In this document: positions 27,032 to 37,666 of the stretch, in pieces
How the letters are laid out: the number at the start of each line of letters is the position of its first letter
Numbering within the stretch: the stretch's first letter is position 1
From: an uncultured delta proteobacterium
GTDB taxonomy: Bacteria > Desulfobacterota > RBG-13-43-22
NCBI GenBank assembly: GCA_963790475.1
Contig: CAWBOS010000006.1
Location: forward strand, 512,001-576,000
Direction: 5' to 3'
Length of the DNA stretch: 64,000 bases
Translations under genes and position numbers: made by a program
The notes under the pieces: model-generated
Database searches by the model: none
What the model was told of the DNA's origin: nothing
Seen by the model: only the letters and a program-made list of their open reading frames with translations

Positions 27032-30000
27032 ATGCTAGAAAACCTGATAGAGCGTTACTTGACCGACATAGGGTATGTCCGAGGCACAAGGTCGAATGTG
27101 CCGGAGACTTCGTTCTATCCGGCATTGGAACGGCTGCTCACTGACATCGGGAAGACCCTTTCCCCCAAGGTCCGTTGCGTCATTAACCTGGCCAACCGAG
27201 GCGCCGGGATTCCTGACGGCGGCCTGTTCTCAGCCGATCAGTTTCGCCGCAAAGCACTCGATACGGATGCCAAGGAGAATCCTTTCCTGATTCAGAACCC
27301 GTCTCGCGGTGTGATCGAAGCCAAGCCTCCGTCAGAAGATATCCTGCGGGTGGCCGGAACAAAGCAGATGGAGCGATATTGGAAGCGGTACGGCATGGTG
27401 CTCGTGACCAACTTTCGCGCCTTCGTCCTCATTGGGAAAGGCACAACGGGACAGCCTTGCATTCTGGAATCCTTCACTCTGGCCGAGTCCGAGAGCGAAT
27501 TCTGGCGTCTGACGGCCCATCCTCGCCAGGCGGCCACCGAGCATGGCGAACGCATGCAGGAATATCTGAAGCGTGTGCTGCTACATAATGCACCGCTGGT
27601 CTCTCCGCAAGACGTGGCCGGCATTCTCGCCTCCTATGCCCATGACGCACGCCTTCGCATCGAACAGGCAGATCTCCCGGCCCTGGCCAGCCTTAGGCAG
27701 GCACTGGAAGACTCCCTTGGCCTGCATTTCGAGGGCGAAAAAGGCGAGCATTTCTTTCGTTCCACCCTCATTCAAACTCTCTTCTACGGCGTTTTCTCGG
27801 CTTGGGTTTTGTGGGCGCGTAGGCACGACGCTAAGCCCAAGGAAACAACGGGATTTGCTGACGCCCTCCGCGAGACTGCGGCACCATATTCCGTCGTCGG
27901 CGGGTTCGAGTGGCGCTCCGCCCACTATCTCTTGCGCGTTCCCATGCTCCGCGCCCTTTTCGTGCAGGTCGCTGACCCAGCCCGTCTCGGTGCCTTGGGC
28001 CTGATCGAAGTTCTTGACTGGACCGCCGCCGCTTTGAATCGCGTGGACCACGCCGAGTTCTTCAAATCCTTCGACGAGGGGCACGCCGTCCAGTACTTCT
28101 ACGAACCCTTCTTGCACGCCTTCGACCCCGAATTGCGCAAGGAACTCGGTGTTTGGTACACCCCTGAGGAGATCGTTCGTTACCAGGTCGAGCGCGTGGA
28201 TGCTGTCCTCCGTTCCGAACTCGGTCTCGCTGATGGACTCGCGGACCCGACGGTGGTCGTCCTCGATCCCTGTTGCGGAACCGGCGCCTACCTGCGGGCC
28301 GTACTCCGGCGTATCGCGGTCACCCTACATGACAAGGGCGGCGACGCTCTGATCGCCAACGATCTCAAGAAAGCCGCTATGGAGCGCGTCTTCGGGTTTG
28401 AGATTCTGCCCGCGCCGTTCGTCATTGCACATCTCCAACTCGGTCTGGAACTGGAAAAACTCGGTGCGCCTTTGAGCGACCGCAGCGATCCGCCTGAACG
28501 CGCCGGGGTTTATCTGACCAACGCCCTTACCGGTTGGGAACCCCCAAAGGGAAAACCGATACAGATTGCCTTCCCCGGTTTCGACGAGGAACGTGATGCC
28601 GCGGGCAAGGTGAAGCAGGAAAGGCCCATCCTCGTTATCCTCGGGAATCCGCCCTACAACGCCTTCTCCGGCGTCAGTCCGGAGGAGGAGGACGGACTGG
28701 TCGAGCCCTATAAAAAAGGCCTCATCTCCGAGTGGGGCATCAAGAAGTTCAACCTCGACGACCTCTATATCCGCTTCTTCCGCCTTGCCGAAAAACGTAT
28801 CGCCGAGCACGGAGGCCGAGGCGTGGTATCGTTCATCTCCAATTTTTCATATTTGGGTGACCCCTCGTTCGTGGTAGCGCGCCGTAGGTTCCTTGATGAA
28901 TTCGATGCCATCTGGCTGGACTGCATGAATGGAGACAGCCGCGAGACCGGCAAACTGACGCCCGAGGGCAAGCCCGATCCATCGGTGTTTTCTACGGAAT
29001 GGAACCACGCTGGCATCCGCGTTGGCACTGCTATCGGTCTGTTCGTGAAACGAAGCCGTGCTCGGAAAAACGAGACCTCCACTCGTTTTCGCCATTTCTG
29101 GGGCACAACGAAACGAGCCGATCTCCTCACCAGCCTCGATACACAAAATTTTGACACACAATACGAGATTTCTAACCCTCAGGAAGACAACCGCTGGAGT
29201 TTCCGACCGGCGGATGTCACAAGCGCTTATCGCGGATGGCCGACAATAACGGAGTTATGCGCCATAGTGCCCTACAATGGACCAGTGGAGCGCAGGGGTT
29301 TCGCATTGATTTCTATGGGCAGGGACTCGCTTATGGATCGCATCTCAGCCTATTTCGATCCCACCGTTTCTGATGACGAGATTAAGAACATCCATCCGTC
29401 TCTGATGATGACTGGCAACCGAATCGTTGGCCCTGAGGCTAGGAAGAAAGTCCTGAGCGAGTTTCGATACGACGAATCTCGAATCGTCCGGTATCCGTTC
29501 AAACCCTTTGATGTGCGTTGGTGTTATCTGGAGAATCTGCGCCCCTTGTTCAGCGAACCGAGTCCGCAGCTACTGAATCAGAGATTTCCGGGGAACGCAT
29601 TTTTTCTTACCCGTGACACCGCCGACAAGGTTCAGGAAGGCCCTCCATTCTTCTTTTCCCCTGTTGTGTGCGACTACGACTGCATATCCGGTCATGCACG
29701 CCATTTTCCGCTTCTCCTCAAGGTGGGGGTGCCCCGCCGAGCAGGCCACCATGCATCTGGCAACCAGATTTTTCCTGGCATGGAAACCGAATTGAAAAAG
29801 ATCACGGCCAACCTCTCCCCCTCCGCCCGCCAATATCTGGCATCTCTCAAACTGCCCGAACCGGACACTGATCAGGTAACCGCCGAGCTTATCTGGCATC
29901 ACGCCTTGGCAATCGGTTACTCACCTGCCTATCTTGCTGAGAACGCGGACGGCATCCGCCAGGACTGGCCGCGGGTTCCGCTTCCGAAAACTAAAGATTT

Positions 30001-30514
30001 GATTCTCGCCTCCGCATCCCTCGGACGACAGGTAGCGTCATTGCTGGACACAGAAACCCCTGTCCCTGGCGTTACTGCCGGGAAGATTCGGGACGAACTG
30101 AAGAGCATCGCCGTATTTCAGCGTGTTGACGGAAAACCAGCGAAACCTGAAGCTGGAGACCTTGACCTCAACGCAGGCTGGGGCCATTCGGGCAAGGGCG
30201 GCATCACCATGCCCGGCAAAGGGAAGCTCATCCACCGGGATGATGGGGCATATGACATTTTCCTAAACGAAGTTGCCTGCTGGCGAAACGTACCCGAAAC
30301 GGTGTGGGAGTACACCATCGGCGGCTACCAGGTCATCAAGAAATGGCTGTCGTACCGTGAGATGCCACTCCTTGGCCGTGGCCTGACGCCTGACGAAGTC
30401 CGTTATGTCACAGAAATGGCTCGCAGGCTATCGGCTCTGATTGCCTTGAAGACATCCTTGGATGCGAACTATCGGGAAGTGATTAAGACGACTTATCCAT
30501 GGACAAACCAATAG
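27032..30514 (+). CDS. Single-chain restriction-modification enzyme (type IIG/ISP-like): PD-(D/E)XK nuclease + N6-adenine MTase + specificity domain
   Basis: IPDGG...IEAK; GVWYTP; DPCCGTG; GNPPY; C-terminal YTIGGYQVIKKWLSYR. Confidence 0.9.
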   Translation: MLENLIERYLTDIGYVRGTRSNVPETSFYPALERLLTDIGKTLSPKVRCVINLANRGAGIPDGGLFSADQFRRKALDTDAKENPFLIQNPSRGVIEAKPPSEDILRVAGTKQMERYWKRYGMVLVTNFRAFVLIGKGTTGQPCILESFTLAESESEFWRLTAHPRQAATEHGERMQEYLKRVLLHNAPLVSPQDVAGILASYAHDARLRIEQADLPALASLRQALEDSLGLHFEGEKGEHFFRSTLIQTLFYGVFSAWVLWARRHDAKPKETTGFADALRETAAPYSVVGGFEWRSAHYLLRVPMLRALFVQVADPARLGALGLIEVLDWTAAALNRVDHAEFFKSFDEGHAVQYFYEPFLHAFDPELRKELGVWYTPEEIVRYQVERVDAVLRSELGLADGLADPTVVVLDPCCGTGAYLRAVLRRIAVTLHDKGGDALIANDLKKAAMERVFGFEILPAPFVIAHLQLGLELEKLGAPLSDRSDPPERAGVYLTNALTGWEPPKGKPIQIAFPGFDEERDAAGKVKQERPILVILGNPPYNAFSGVSPEEEDGLVEPYKKGLISEWGIKKFNLDDLYIRFFRLAEKRIAEHGGRGVVSFISNFSYLGDPSFVVARRRFLDEFDAIWLDCMNGDSRETGKLTPEGKPDPSVFSTEWNHAGIRVGTAIGLFVKRSRARKNETSTRFRHFWGTTKRADLLTSLDTQNFDTQYEISNPQEDNRWSFRPADVTSAYRGWPTITELCAIVPYNGPVERRGFALISMGRDSLMDRISAYFDPTVSDDEIKNIHPSLMMTGNRIVGPEARKKVLSEFRYDESRIVRYPFKPFDVRWCYLENLRPLFSEPSPQLLNQRFPGNAFFLTRDTADKVQEGPPFFFSPVVCDYDCISGHARHFPLLLKVGVPRRAGHHASGNQIFPGMETELKKITANLSPSARQYLASLKLPEPDTDQVTAELIWHHALAIGYSPAYLAENADGIRQDWPRVPLPKTKDLILASASLGRQVASLLDTETPVPGVTAGKIRDELKSIAVFQRVDGKPAKPEAGDLDLNAGWGHSGKGGITMPGKGKLIHRDDGAYDIFLNEVACWRNVPETVWEYTIGGYQVIKKWLSYREMPLLGRGLTPDEVRYVTEMARRLSALIALKTSLDANYREVIKTTYPWTNQ

Positions 30515-30589
30515 GAATTGGAAACGACCCCATCGAACCCTACGCAAAAATAAACGAGGGTCGGATCACTCAGAAGCTATTTTCCTGGA

Positions 30590-30786
30590 TAACGCGCATT
30601 GCCTGTTACGCCAATAGCATGACTGCATGGGGAGTATCTCCCGTATTTAACGAGACTTCCTTCGGACGAACTCCTCGCAGTTTCGCCCTTGCCTTTGGCT
30701 CGTTTGTATGTCAATGTTTTTTACATCGACAGGATTCACGTACAGGGGACTTACACCCCATAAGGGCAAGCCCATGCCAAGCGTAC
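30590..30786 (-). mobile_element. Group IIC intron 5' fragment (domain I only)
   Basis: Minus strand reads GTACGCTTGGCATGGGC...TTATGGGGTGTAAGTCCCCTGT...AGCCAAAGGCAAGGGCGAAACTGCGAGGAGTTCGTCCGAAGGAAG; no RT ORF or domain V. Confidence 0.7.
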
Positions 30787-30870
30787 ATACGAGCATAGAG
30801 AGGGCACAAATGGGGGTTCGTACCGTTTAACCTCTTCGCTAAATGGATACCAGGAAGGAGGGCCGTATTC

Positions 30871-31836
30871 TTGGAAGAAGAACCAAAACAACACGGGTAC
30901 ACTTTCAAGCCCACACAATTCCTCGGGACACCCAGGGTAATCGCACCTCCCAAAAATGGGCACAGATCTGCAGCCGTACTTTTTGTAATTCCCAGCCTCC
31001 GCATTGGCGAGAGGGATCGCCCCAAATTCCTAGCCATCGCTAAGGCATGCTGTTTGGATGTGTTTGATGCCGAACTTGAAATTGGCAAATTCCAACCTGG
31101 GGACCAAGATTGCACTTTAGTATCTATCGCATTCTATGTTCCGGAAGCAGCATCAGAGGACGAGACCAAACAAAGTGTAAACAATGTTGGTAGGCTGCTT
31201 TTGGAACGATTCATGGGGAGCCTTTCGTTCCTGATGGGAATGCGGTTTTCGGCATTAGCCGCCCAAACCGCCATCGCACTAGATAACGGACGGTTATCCA
31301 GTCGCTTGGAAATGCAACCCGAAAAAGCCGGGCAGAGGTATGAACTCTCTCTCCCCGACGCGCCTTTTGGCGGCAGCTCCCCCTCTGATGAACTGTTTTC
31401 TGCGATGTTCTGGCTCCGTCGAGGACTTGCTGAACGTGACTCACTCGAAACTTACGGAGCGCTCATGAACGCCTTACAAATCTTGGCACGAGAGCTTATT
31501 CACTTAGAGCAAACTGAAATCACATGTACACACTGTGGTCATATCCAGGACATGAGGGTTCCCTCCATCACATCCCTTGTGAGGGAGCTGGTCGTTACAC
31601 GTCTGGGACGCCCAAAAGATCTTTTCTCACGCATTTGGAAAGCACGAAATGCAATCATTGCCCACGGCAATCGAACAGTGACGCCGAATGTCTTTCTCGA
31701 ATTGATTGAACTTAAGTATGAGGCAATTCATCTTTGTTTTGATGGGATAAATCTGGCTCTTGGTCTTCCCCCCGAAAGTCAACCACATCCACATCAAGAC
31801 CTTTTTGTCTCGTCTGCGATGATGTATGTTGATTAG
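30871..31836 (+). CDS. HEPN-like protein with RX5H motif (ApeA/MAE_28990-like)
   Basis: WKARNAIIAHG, CTHCG Zn knuckle. Confidence 0.65.
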   Translation: MEEEPKQHGYTFKPTQFLGTPRVIAPPKNGHRSAAVLFVIPSLRIGERDRPKFLAIAKACCLDVFDAELEIGKFQPGDQDCTLVSIAFYVPEAASEDETKQSVNNVGRLLLERFMGSLSFLMGMRFSALAAQTAIALDNGRLSSRLEMQPEKAGQRYELSLPDAPFGGSSPSDELFSAMFWLRRGLAERDSLETYGALMNALQILARELIHLEQTEITCTHCGHIQDMRVPSITSLVRELVVTRLGRPKDLFSRIWKARNAIIAHGNRTVTPNVFLELIELKYEAIHLCFDGINLALGLPPESQPHPHQDLFVSSAMMYVD

Positions 31837-31920
31837 ACATGTCTGGTATTGGGTCGGACCTACTTCGATTAACTTAAGAAAAATACCCAGAGGAAGTAAG
31901 GGGCGAAAAAGGGCCTCATA

Positions 31921-32193
31921 ATGCCAAGAAAATACGAACTTTACTTTCGTAACAAGTTAAATAATTAGCAGCATGAAATTTCGGGGGAACTCTCAGATGA
32001 GGATGTTACCTTACTCGAAAGGTATCTCCCACCTTGTGATCGTCTGCTCGCATCCAAATGGGTCAAAGACGGTATGCCATGCAGTCTCCTCATGGAATTC
32101 AAGATTGGACAGCCAGTGATTGGTTCTGCTGAATTACCCGATTGGGATGAAATTATCGTCGTTCTGCATAAGTTTAGGAGATTTGTAAGGCAA
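31921..32193 (+). pseudogene. Hypothetical protein fragment (internal TAG; cut by repeat)
   Basis: MPRKYELYFRNKLNN*QHEISG...VLHKFRRF, truncated at the repeat starting at 32194. Confidence 0.4.
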
Positions 32194-33509
32194 GGGTCAG
32201 GTCTATACTGTTGCACTTTTATCTGAGCATTTAAAAATCGAAGGAGATATTATTGATGCTTGAATGCGCTTAAGGGAACATCATCAAGGGGTAAAAAGTT
32301 AATATCTTCATTCGTGGCGACGGCCTGATCACCTCTGAATCCTTTTTAGAAACAGCCACTGTCCCTAAGTTTATAAGTATAAATTATTATATCGCGAGCC
32401 AAATCATACCCATCGCAACAAGGAGTCCTAATGGTACCAAAAGTCGGTCTGGCCCTGGGCGGCGGCGCGGCCAGGGGCCTTGCCCATCTCGGCGTACTTA
32501 AAGTTTTGGAAGACGCCAAGATTCCTATCCATATCATAACCGGCACCAGCCTCGGGGCTATGGTCGGAGGACTCTATGCTTCCCGACCGGATGCCGCCTA
32601 TTGGATGGGGCGGGTCGAAGAATTCCTCTTCAGCTTCCAGTCGCGAAAGACCCGTCTGGAGTTCATCCGCAAACTGGAGGAGGTTGATGATAATTGTGGA
32701 TTTTTTACCGATATGGCCAACCTGGTTCGCAAGAGTTTTTTCTGGGGTGTTACCGCCACCAAATCGGCCTTCATCTCCGAAAAAGAATATGAAGAATTCC
32801 TTAATCCTCTGATCCCCGATATCGCTATCGAGGAGACCCAAATACCCTTCGGTTGCGTGGCTACGGACATCCGGAAGGCCGCCCGCGTTCTCTATACCCA
32901 AGGCTCACTCCGACGGGCGATCAGTGCCAGTTGTGCGCTGCCCGGGATATTCCCTCCGGTAAAAGACGGGGATCTGTTGCTGGTGGATGGTGGATGGGTG
33001 GAGTGTTTGCCCGCCCGCAGCGCAAGGGAAAGGGGGCCCAAGTCATCATAGGCGTAGACCTGTCGAGCGAGACCCAGAGGTTTGCCGGGGGATCCGGACT
33101 GGATATTATCCTGCGTTCGGATGCCGTCACCCGGATTTATCTGAACGACCTTTTGCTCGCCGATGCGGATGTGCTTATTCTCCCCAACGTGGACGGATGT
33201 CAGTGGGCCGATTTCAGCGGTCCCCGGGAGCTCTTCCGAGCGGGAGAGAAGGCTGCCCTCGAAAGTCTTCCCGCCATTCATAAGGCCGTGCATAAAAGGG
33301 CTCTTTCCCGAAAGGCCCTGGCAGAACGGTTCAAGACGATCAGGGATAAATGTATAGAAACCTTTGCAGCAGGGAAGTAGGCGGATTTTATAAATTCGGC
33401 TGGAGTAGGAGGGGTCAGGTCTATACTGTTGCACTTTTATCTATGGATTTCAAAATCGAAGGAGATATTATTGATGCTTGATTGCCGTTTAAAAGAACAT
33501 CACCAAGGG
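32194..33509 (+). repeat. ~97-bp direct repeats (32194-32290, 33412-33509) flanking the patatin gene
   Basis: Shared GGGTCAGGTCTATACTGTTGCACTTTTATCT...AAAATCGAAGGAGATATTATTGATGCTTGA. Confidence 0.85.
32431..33380 (+). CDS. Patatin-like phospholipase (RssA-type), frameshift at G-run 33032-33036
   Basis: GGGAARG, GTSLG, DGG motifs; C-terminus continues in another frame (GAQVIIGVD...). Confidence 0.88.
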
Positions 33510-33615
33510 AACAGCGAAAAAGGGGACGGATTTATTTTACCTCTTTCTTTGGTCTTCTCCGACTTTGACATTTCACCCGCCTTTGGATTTTCTTTTCAAT
33601 TAGATCAACAAATCA

Positions 33616-33836
33616 GATGCTGCCGGTCACCCGGCCCCGCTGGAGTGATTGGCAGATTAGTTCCCATTCTCCCGCAGGAATAGCATCTCACCCAAGCCTC
33701 CCCCCGGTCGGCCAGATCAAAGCCGCAAGCGTGGCGCATCGGGGACAAGCCTTCTCTGCGCAGCGGGTCCTCGCGGGATGGCGGCTCGGGCCGAAAGGCG
33801 CGCAGAAGGTCGGCTTAAAGGATTCCCCATGCCCCC
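33616..33836 (+). ncRNA. Unclassified GC-rich structured RNA/element candidate
   Basis: Nested stems GATGCT/AGCATC, TGCCGGTCAC/GTGATTGGCA, CCCCG/CGGGG, CCTTCT..GCGC/GCGCAGAAGG in an AT-richer intergenic gap; strand uncertain. Confidence 0.4.
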
Positions 33837-34072
33837 ATAGATGACAAACCCAATCCTCTCATTGAGGATATACCGAAGTATCTCGTGGAGGTTCAAGATG
33901 ATCACGATTGAGTAACTTTGCTCAATCATTGAGTAATTTATTTGAACAGCTTAAAGAGATGTGATATAGGTCTTTTGTGTGCTATAAACGCCTTGGTGCA
34001 TGATCAAGACACGGACATTACCTCCGACCGGAAATCGGAATCCAATTTTATGCTCCGGGAATCGTGACCACT

Positions 34073-35458
34073 ATGTCTAATTCATACGATGTCATCATTA
34101 TCGGTACGGGACCGGCCGGGATTTTCGCCGCCTTGGAGCTCATTAAGAATCCCCGGCTGAAAATCCTGATGATCGAGAAGGGCAGCGACATCAAGGGAAG
34201 AAGTTGTCCCATGGCCGAGACCGCGATTCCCTGTATTCAGTGCGACCTTTGCAGCCTCCTCTGCGGCTGGGGGGGGGCCGGGGCCTATAGCGATGGGAAA
34301 CTCACTCTGTCATCGGAATTCGGCGGACGGCTTAAGGAATATCTTTCCGAGGAAGATCTGGCCCAATGGATCCAATATGTCGATTCGGTTTATTGCTCAT
34401 TCGGGGCCGGAGGAGATATTCACGGCCAGGATATTGAAGCCCTGTCCCGTTTGAAGAAGAAAGCCGCCGGATATAACCTGGAGTTGATTCCTGCCCGGAT
34501 CAGGCACATCGGCACAGACCTCTGCGGAGATGTCCTGCGGAAGATCCGGGAGGAGTTGGACGGCAAAGTCGACCTCATTTTCGATACGCCGGTACAACAG
34601 ATCCGGACCGCCGATGGGCTTATTTCCGAGGTCAGGACCAAAGACGGGAAGATCTTTGAGGGCAGGTTTGTTATTATCGCTATCGGCCGGGAGGGGTCTT
34701 CCTGGCTTTCCGGCGAAGCAAAAAGGCTGGGGCTATCGGTCCAGAAAAATCCGGTGGATATCGGGGTAAGGGTTGAACTGCCGGCGGCGATCATGAAAGA
34801 GATAACCGATGTGGCTTATGAGGGGAAGTTCATCTATTTCTCGAAAAGATTTCAGGACAAAATCAGAACCTTCTGTATGAATCCCTATGGAGAAGTGGTC
34901 AAGGAATACAGCGAGGGTATATTCAGCGTCAACGGGCACAGCTACAAAAACAAAAGGACGGAGAACACCAACTTCGCGCTCCTGGTGAGCACCGATTTCA
35001 CGCGGCCCTTTAATGATCCTATATCCTATGGAAAATACATCGCCGGCCTGGCCAACCTGCTTGGCGGCGGAGTTATCGTCCAGCGGCTGGGTGATCTGAA
35101 GATGGGCCGACGATCTACATCGGAGAGAATAGTCGAGGGCTCAGTGCGGCCCACCCTGGAAGACGCCACTCCGGGAGACCTGAGTTTCGTACTGCCCTAC
35201 CGGCATCTCAGCAATCTTATGGAGATGCTCGAGGCCCTCGATAACGTGGCTCCGGGAGTAAATTCCGGTGATACGCTTCTTTACGGCGTGGAAGTGAAGT
35301 TCTACTCCATGAAGCTCAAGCTAACCCCCAGCCTCGAAACAGAAGTCAAGAATCTTTTTGCCATCGGGGACGGTGCCGGAGTAACCCGCGGCCTGATCCA
35401 GGCCTCGATTTCAGGGGTTATAACTGCGTGTGAGGTTTTAAAAAGAGTGGAGGAGTAA
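34073..35458 (+). CDS. NAD(P)/FAD-dependent oxidoreductase (uncharacterised FAD dehydrogenase)
   Basis: IIGTGPAG, GWGGAGAYSDGKL, RTFCMNP, GDGAGVTRGL. Confidence 0.9.
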   Translation: MSNSYDVIIIGTGPAGIFAALELIKNPRLKILMIEKGSDIKGRSCPMAETAIPCIQCDLCSLLCGWGGAGAYSDGKLTLSSEFGGRLKEYLSEEDLAQWIQYVDSVYCSFGAGGDIHGQDIEALSRLKKKAAGYNLELIPARIRHIGTDLCGDVLRKIREELDGKVDLIFDTPVQQIRTADGLISEVRTKDGKIFEGRFVIIAIGREGSSWLSGEAKRLGLSVQKNPVDIGVRVELPAAIMKEITDVAYEGKFIYFSKRFQDKIRTFCMNPYGEVVKEYSEGIFSVNGHSYKNKRTENTNFALLVSTDFTRPFNDPISYGKYIAGLANLLGGGVIVQRLGDLKMGRRSTSERIVEGSVRPTLEDATPGDLSFVLPYRHLSNLMEMLEALDNVAPGVNSGDTLLYGVEVKFYSMKLKLTPSLETEVKNLFAIGDGAGVTRGLIQASISGVITACEVLKRVEE

Positions 35459-35649
35459 ACGTTTCTATTTTTCCTCTTGATCCTGTCTTTTTATTTCCTT
35501 ATACTCTTTCCATCAAAAAGAGAGTTTCTTTAGGCGGGAAATCTCGTCCGAGCGGGACAAAGTCTTGAACCAGCCTTTGTCTGATTTAAAGCATCTATTG
35601 TTCTATTGCGAGCCTAAGGCAGGCTGAGCTGAAGAAAGGGGGATCTATC

Positions 35650-36210
35650 ATGAATCGGGCCCAAAAGAATTTTGTAGTGGTTGTCGTTATTTTTACCTTA
35701 ATTTTGTCATTAACACCTTTTACCTTGCAGGCGGCCTCTGATGAAAAATTAAACGAGACCGTATTCTCCGGGGATCTCCAATCCGTAAAGAGTTTGCTTG
35801 ATAAAGGAGCCAATGTCAACGAAAGGGATGCTCAGTTTGGCGTCACCCCACTCCATACGGCAGCATTTCACGGTTATACGGAAATCGTTAAGCTTTTATT
35901 GAGAAAAGGGGCGGAGGTTAATGCCAAAGACCAGGAAGGGGAGACCCCATTGATTGCCGCCCTGGCCAACGGGCATACTGAAATAGGCGAACTCCTGATA
36001 AACAAAGGCGCCACGGTAAATATAGCTACGAAAAAAGGCTGGACCCCTTTACATTTTGCAGCATCCCAGGGCGACGAAGATCTTGTGAGACTTCTAATTG
36101 AAAAAGGGGCAGATATAAAGGCCAAAACGAATGACGGAAAGACTCCTTCGGATTTAGCGATGGCTGCCGGTCATAAAGAAATGGCCGCTTTTCTTGAAAA
36201 AGGGAAGTGA
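35650..36210 (+). CDS. Secreted ankyrin-repeat protein
   Basis: Signal peptide; repeated G.TPLH.AA..G...V.LL..GA.VN. Confidence 0.92.
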   Translation: MNRAQKNFVVVVVIFTLILSLTPFTLQAASDEKLNETVFSGDLQSVKSLLDKGANVNERDAQFGVTPLHTAAFHGYTEIVKLLLRKGAEVNAKDQEGETPLIAALANGHTEIGELLINKGATVNIATKKGWTPLHFAASQGDEDLVRLLIEKGADIKAKTNDGKTPSDLAMAAGHKEMAAFLEKGK

Positions 36211-36224
36211 GAAAACAAATCAGA

Positions 36225-36791
36225 TTATTGTAGTTTTTTAACCCACTTGACCAGCGCGACCAGAAGTTCTTTGACTTTTTCCCGTGTTGTTTCGTCGGTA
36301 AGTCTGCCCGTTGCATCAAATTTATTTTCGGCGAAAGGCACCATAATCTCCGGGCGGTTGAGGGGAAAGGCATTAAGAAAGACCATGGACTGCCTCAGGT
36401 GATACTGGGCCCGAGCCGTACCGAGCATTCCGATGGATGCGCCCATGATGGCCACGGGTTTTTCTTCAAAGGGGCTCGTCCCATAAGGTCTGGAGACGGC
36501 GTCGATGGCGTTTTTCAGAACTCCGGGAATGGAATAATTATATTCCGGAGTCACTATAAGAAGCCCATCGGCCGTTTTTATCTTGGCCTTAAGTTCTTTT
36601 ACTTTCTCATGGGGGGTATTCTCCAGGTCCTGATTGAAGGGGGGGATACCCTCAAGATCGAATATTTCCAGTTCCATTTCTCCCGGAACAACCTCTGCCG
36701 CAGTCCGTAACAGCATTTTGTTAAAGGACCCTTTCCGAAGACTTCCGGCAAAACCAAGTACTTTAATTTTTTCGTTTCCTTTTTCTGCCAT
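36225..36791 (-). CDS. NADPH-dependent FMN reductase (ChrR-like)
   Basis: GSLRKGSFN, TPEYNYSIPGVLKNAID, GTARAQYHLRQ. Confidence 0.92.
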   Translation of the reverse strand: MAEKGNEKIKVLGFAGSLRKGSFNKMLLRTAAEVVPGEMELEIFDLEGIPPFNQDLENTPHEKVKELKAKIKTADGLLIVTPEYNYSIPGVLKNAIDAVSRPYGTSPFEEKPVAIMGASIGMLGTARAQYHLRQSMVFLNAFPLNRPEIMVPFAENKFDATGRLTDETTREKVKELLVALVKWVKKLQ

Positions 36792-37030
36792 GTCCGACCT
36801 CCTTTTTTCCTCAGGATGTTTTTAAAAGCTCTCCCGGAAAATAATCCCAGCCCCCTTCCGTTTCCTTCGCGCTATAAAACCAAAATAATACAGCACCTGA
36901 AGGATGTCAAATCCCGGGAAACATTTTCACCTGCGAAGTAGGGGGCAGCGGCAGGGAAGTAGGCCTGTTCCTCGACTTTTCGGGCAATTATCTGTTAAAT
37001 AGTGTCGATCCAGAAATAACGAATGTGAAA

Positions 37031-37537
37031 CTAAATAATGATCTCCACTTCAGCCTCGATTTCCACCGGGATGTTGAAGGGCAGTTCGGCCAGGCCTACT
37101 GCCGAACGGGCATGATCCCCTCGTACGGGCCCATACAATTCAAAAATCAGATCGGAGAAACCATTGATCACCGCAGGCAGTTGATTGAACCCCGGGGCGG
37201 CACTGACCATCCCGAAGACCCGCAGCCAGGCGGCGATCCGGTCCAGATCCCCCAGGGTCCTTTTTAAATCGCCGAGGATGGATAAGGCGGTCAATCCGGC
37301 TGCCTGATAGCCTTGTTCCAATGATACCTCGGCCCCTACCTTGCCCAGAGGTTGGGCTATGGAACCGTCGGGATTCTGGGGCGGATGGCCGGAAATAAAA
37401 GCCCGGTTCCCTCTGATCCGAACCCAGGAAAAAGGCAGTTTCACCCCGGCCGGGGCCTTAACCGGCTCGGGTAAAACCAGCCCCATGGCTTTCAGTTTTT
37501 CTTCCACATTGAGGGAGTTTTCTTTGTTTCCCGTCAT
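37031..37537 (-). CDS. RidA/YjgF family protein
   Basis: INGFSDL, HARSAVG..LPFNIPVEIE. Confidence 0.9.
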   Translation of the reverse strand: MTGNKENSLNVEEKLKAMGLVLPEPVKAPAGVKLPFSWVRIRGNRAFISGHPPQNPDGSIAQPLGKVGAEVSLEQGYQAAGLTALSILGDLKRTLGDLDRIAAWLRVFGMVSAAPGFNQLPAVINGFSDLIFELYGPVRGDHARSAVGLAELPFNIPVEIEAEVEIII

Positions 37538-37666
37538 AAACACTACCTCCTTGACCTTGAACAAAAATGAACCCATTTCAAAGGTCTCAAATGATTTGCT
37601 GAATTACTGGATTTATTTCCAAGAACCTCTCGTTCCGTTTAATTTTTTAAAATAATCCAATCCCCT

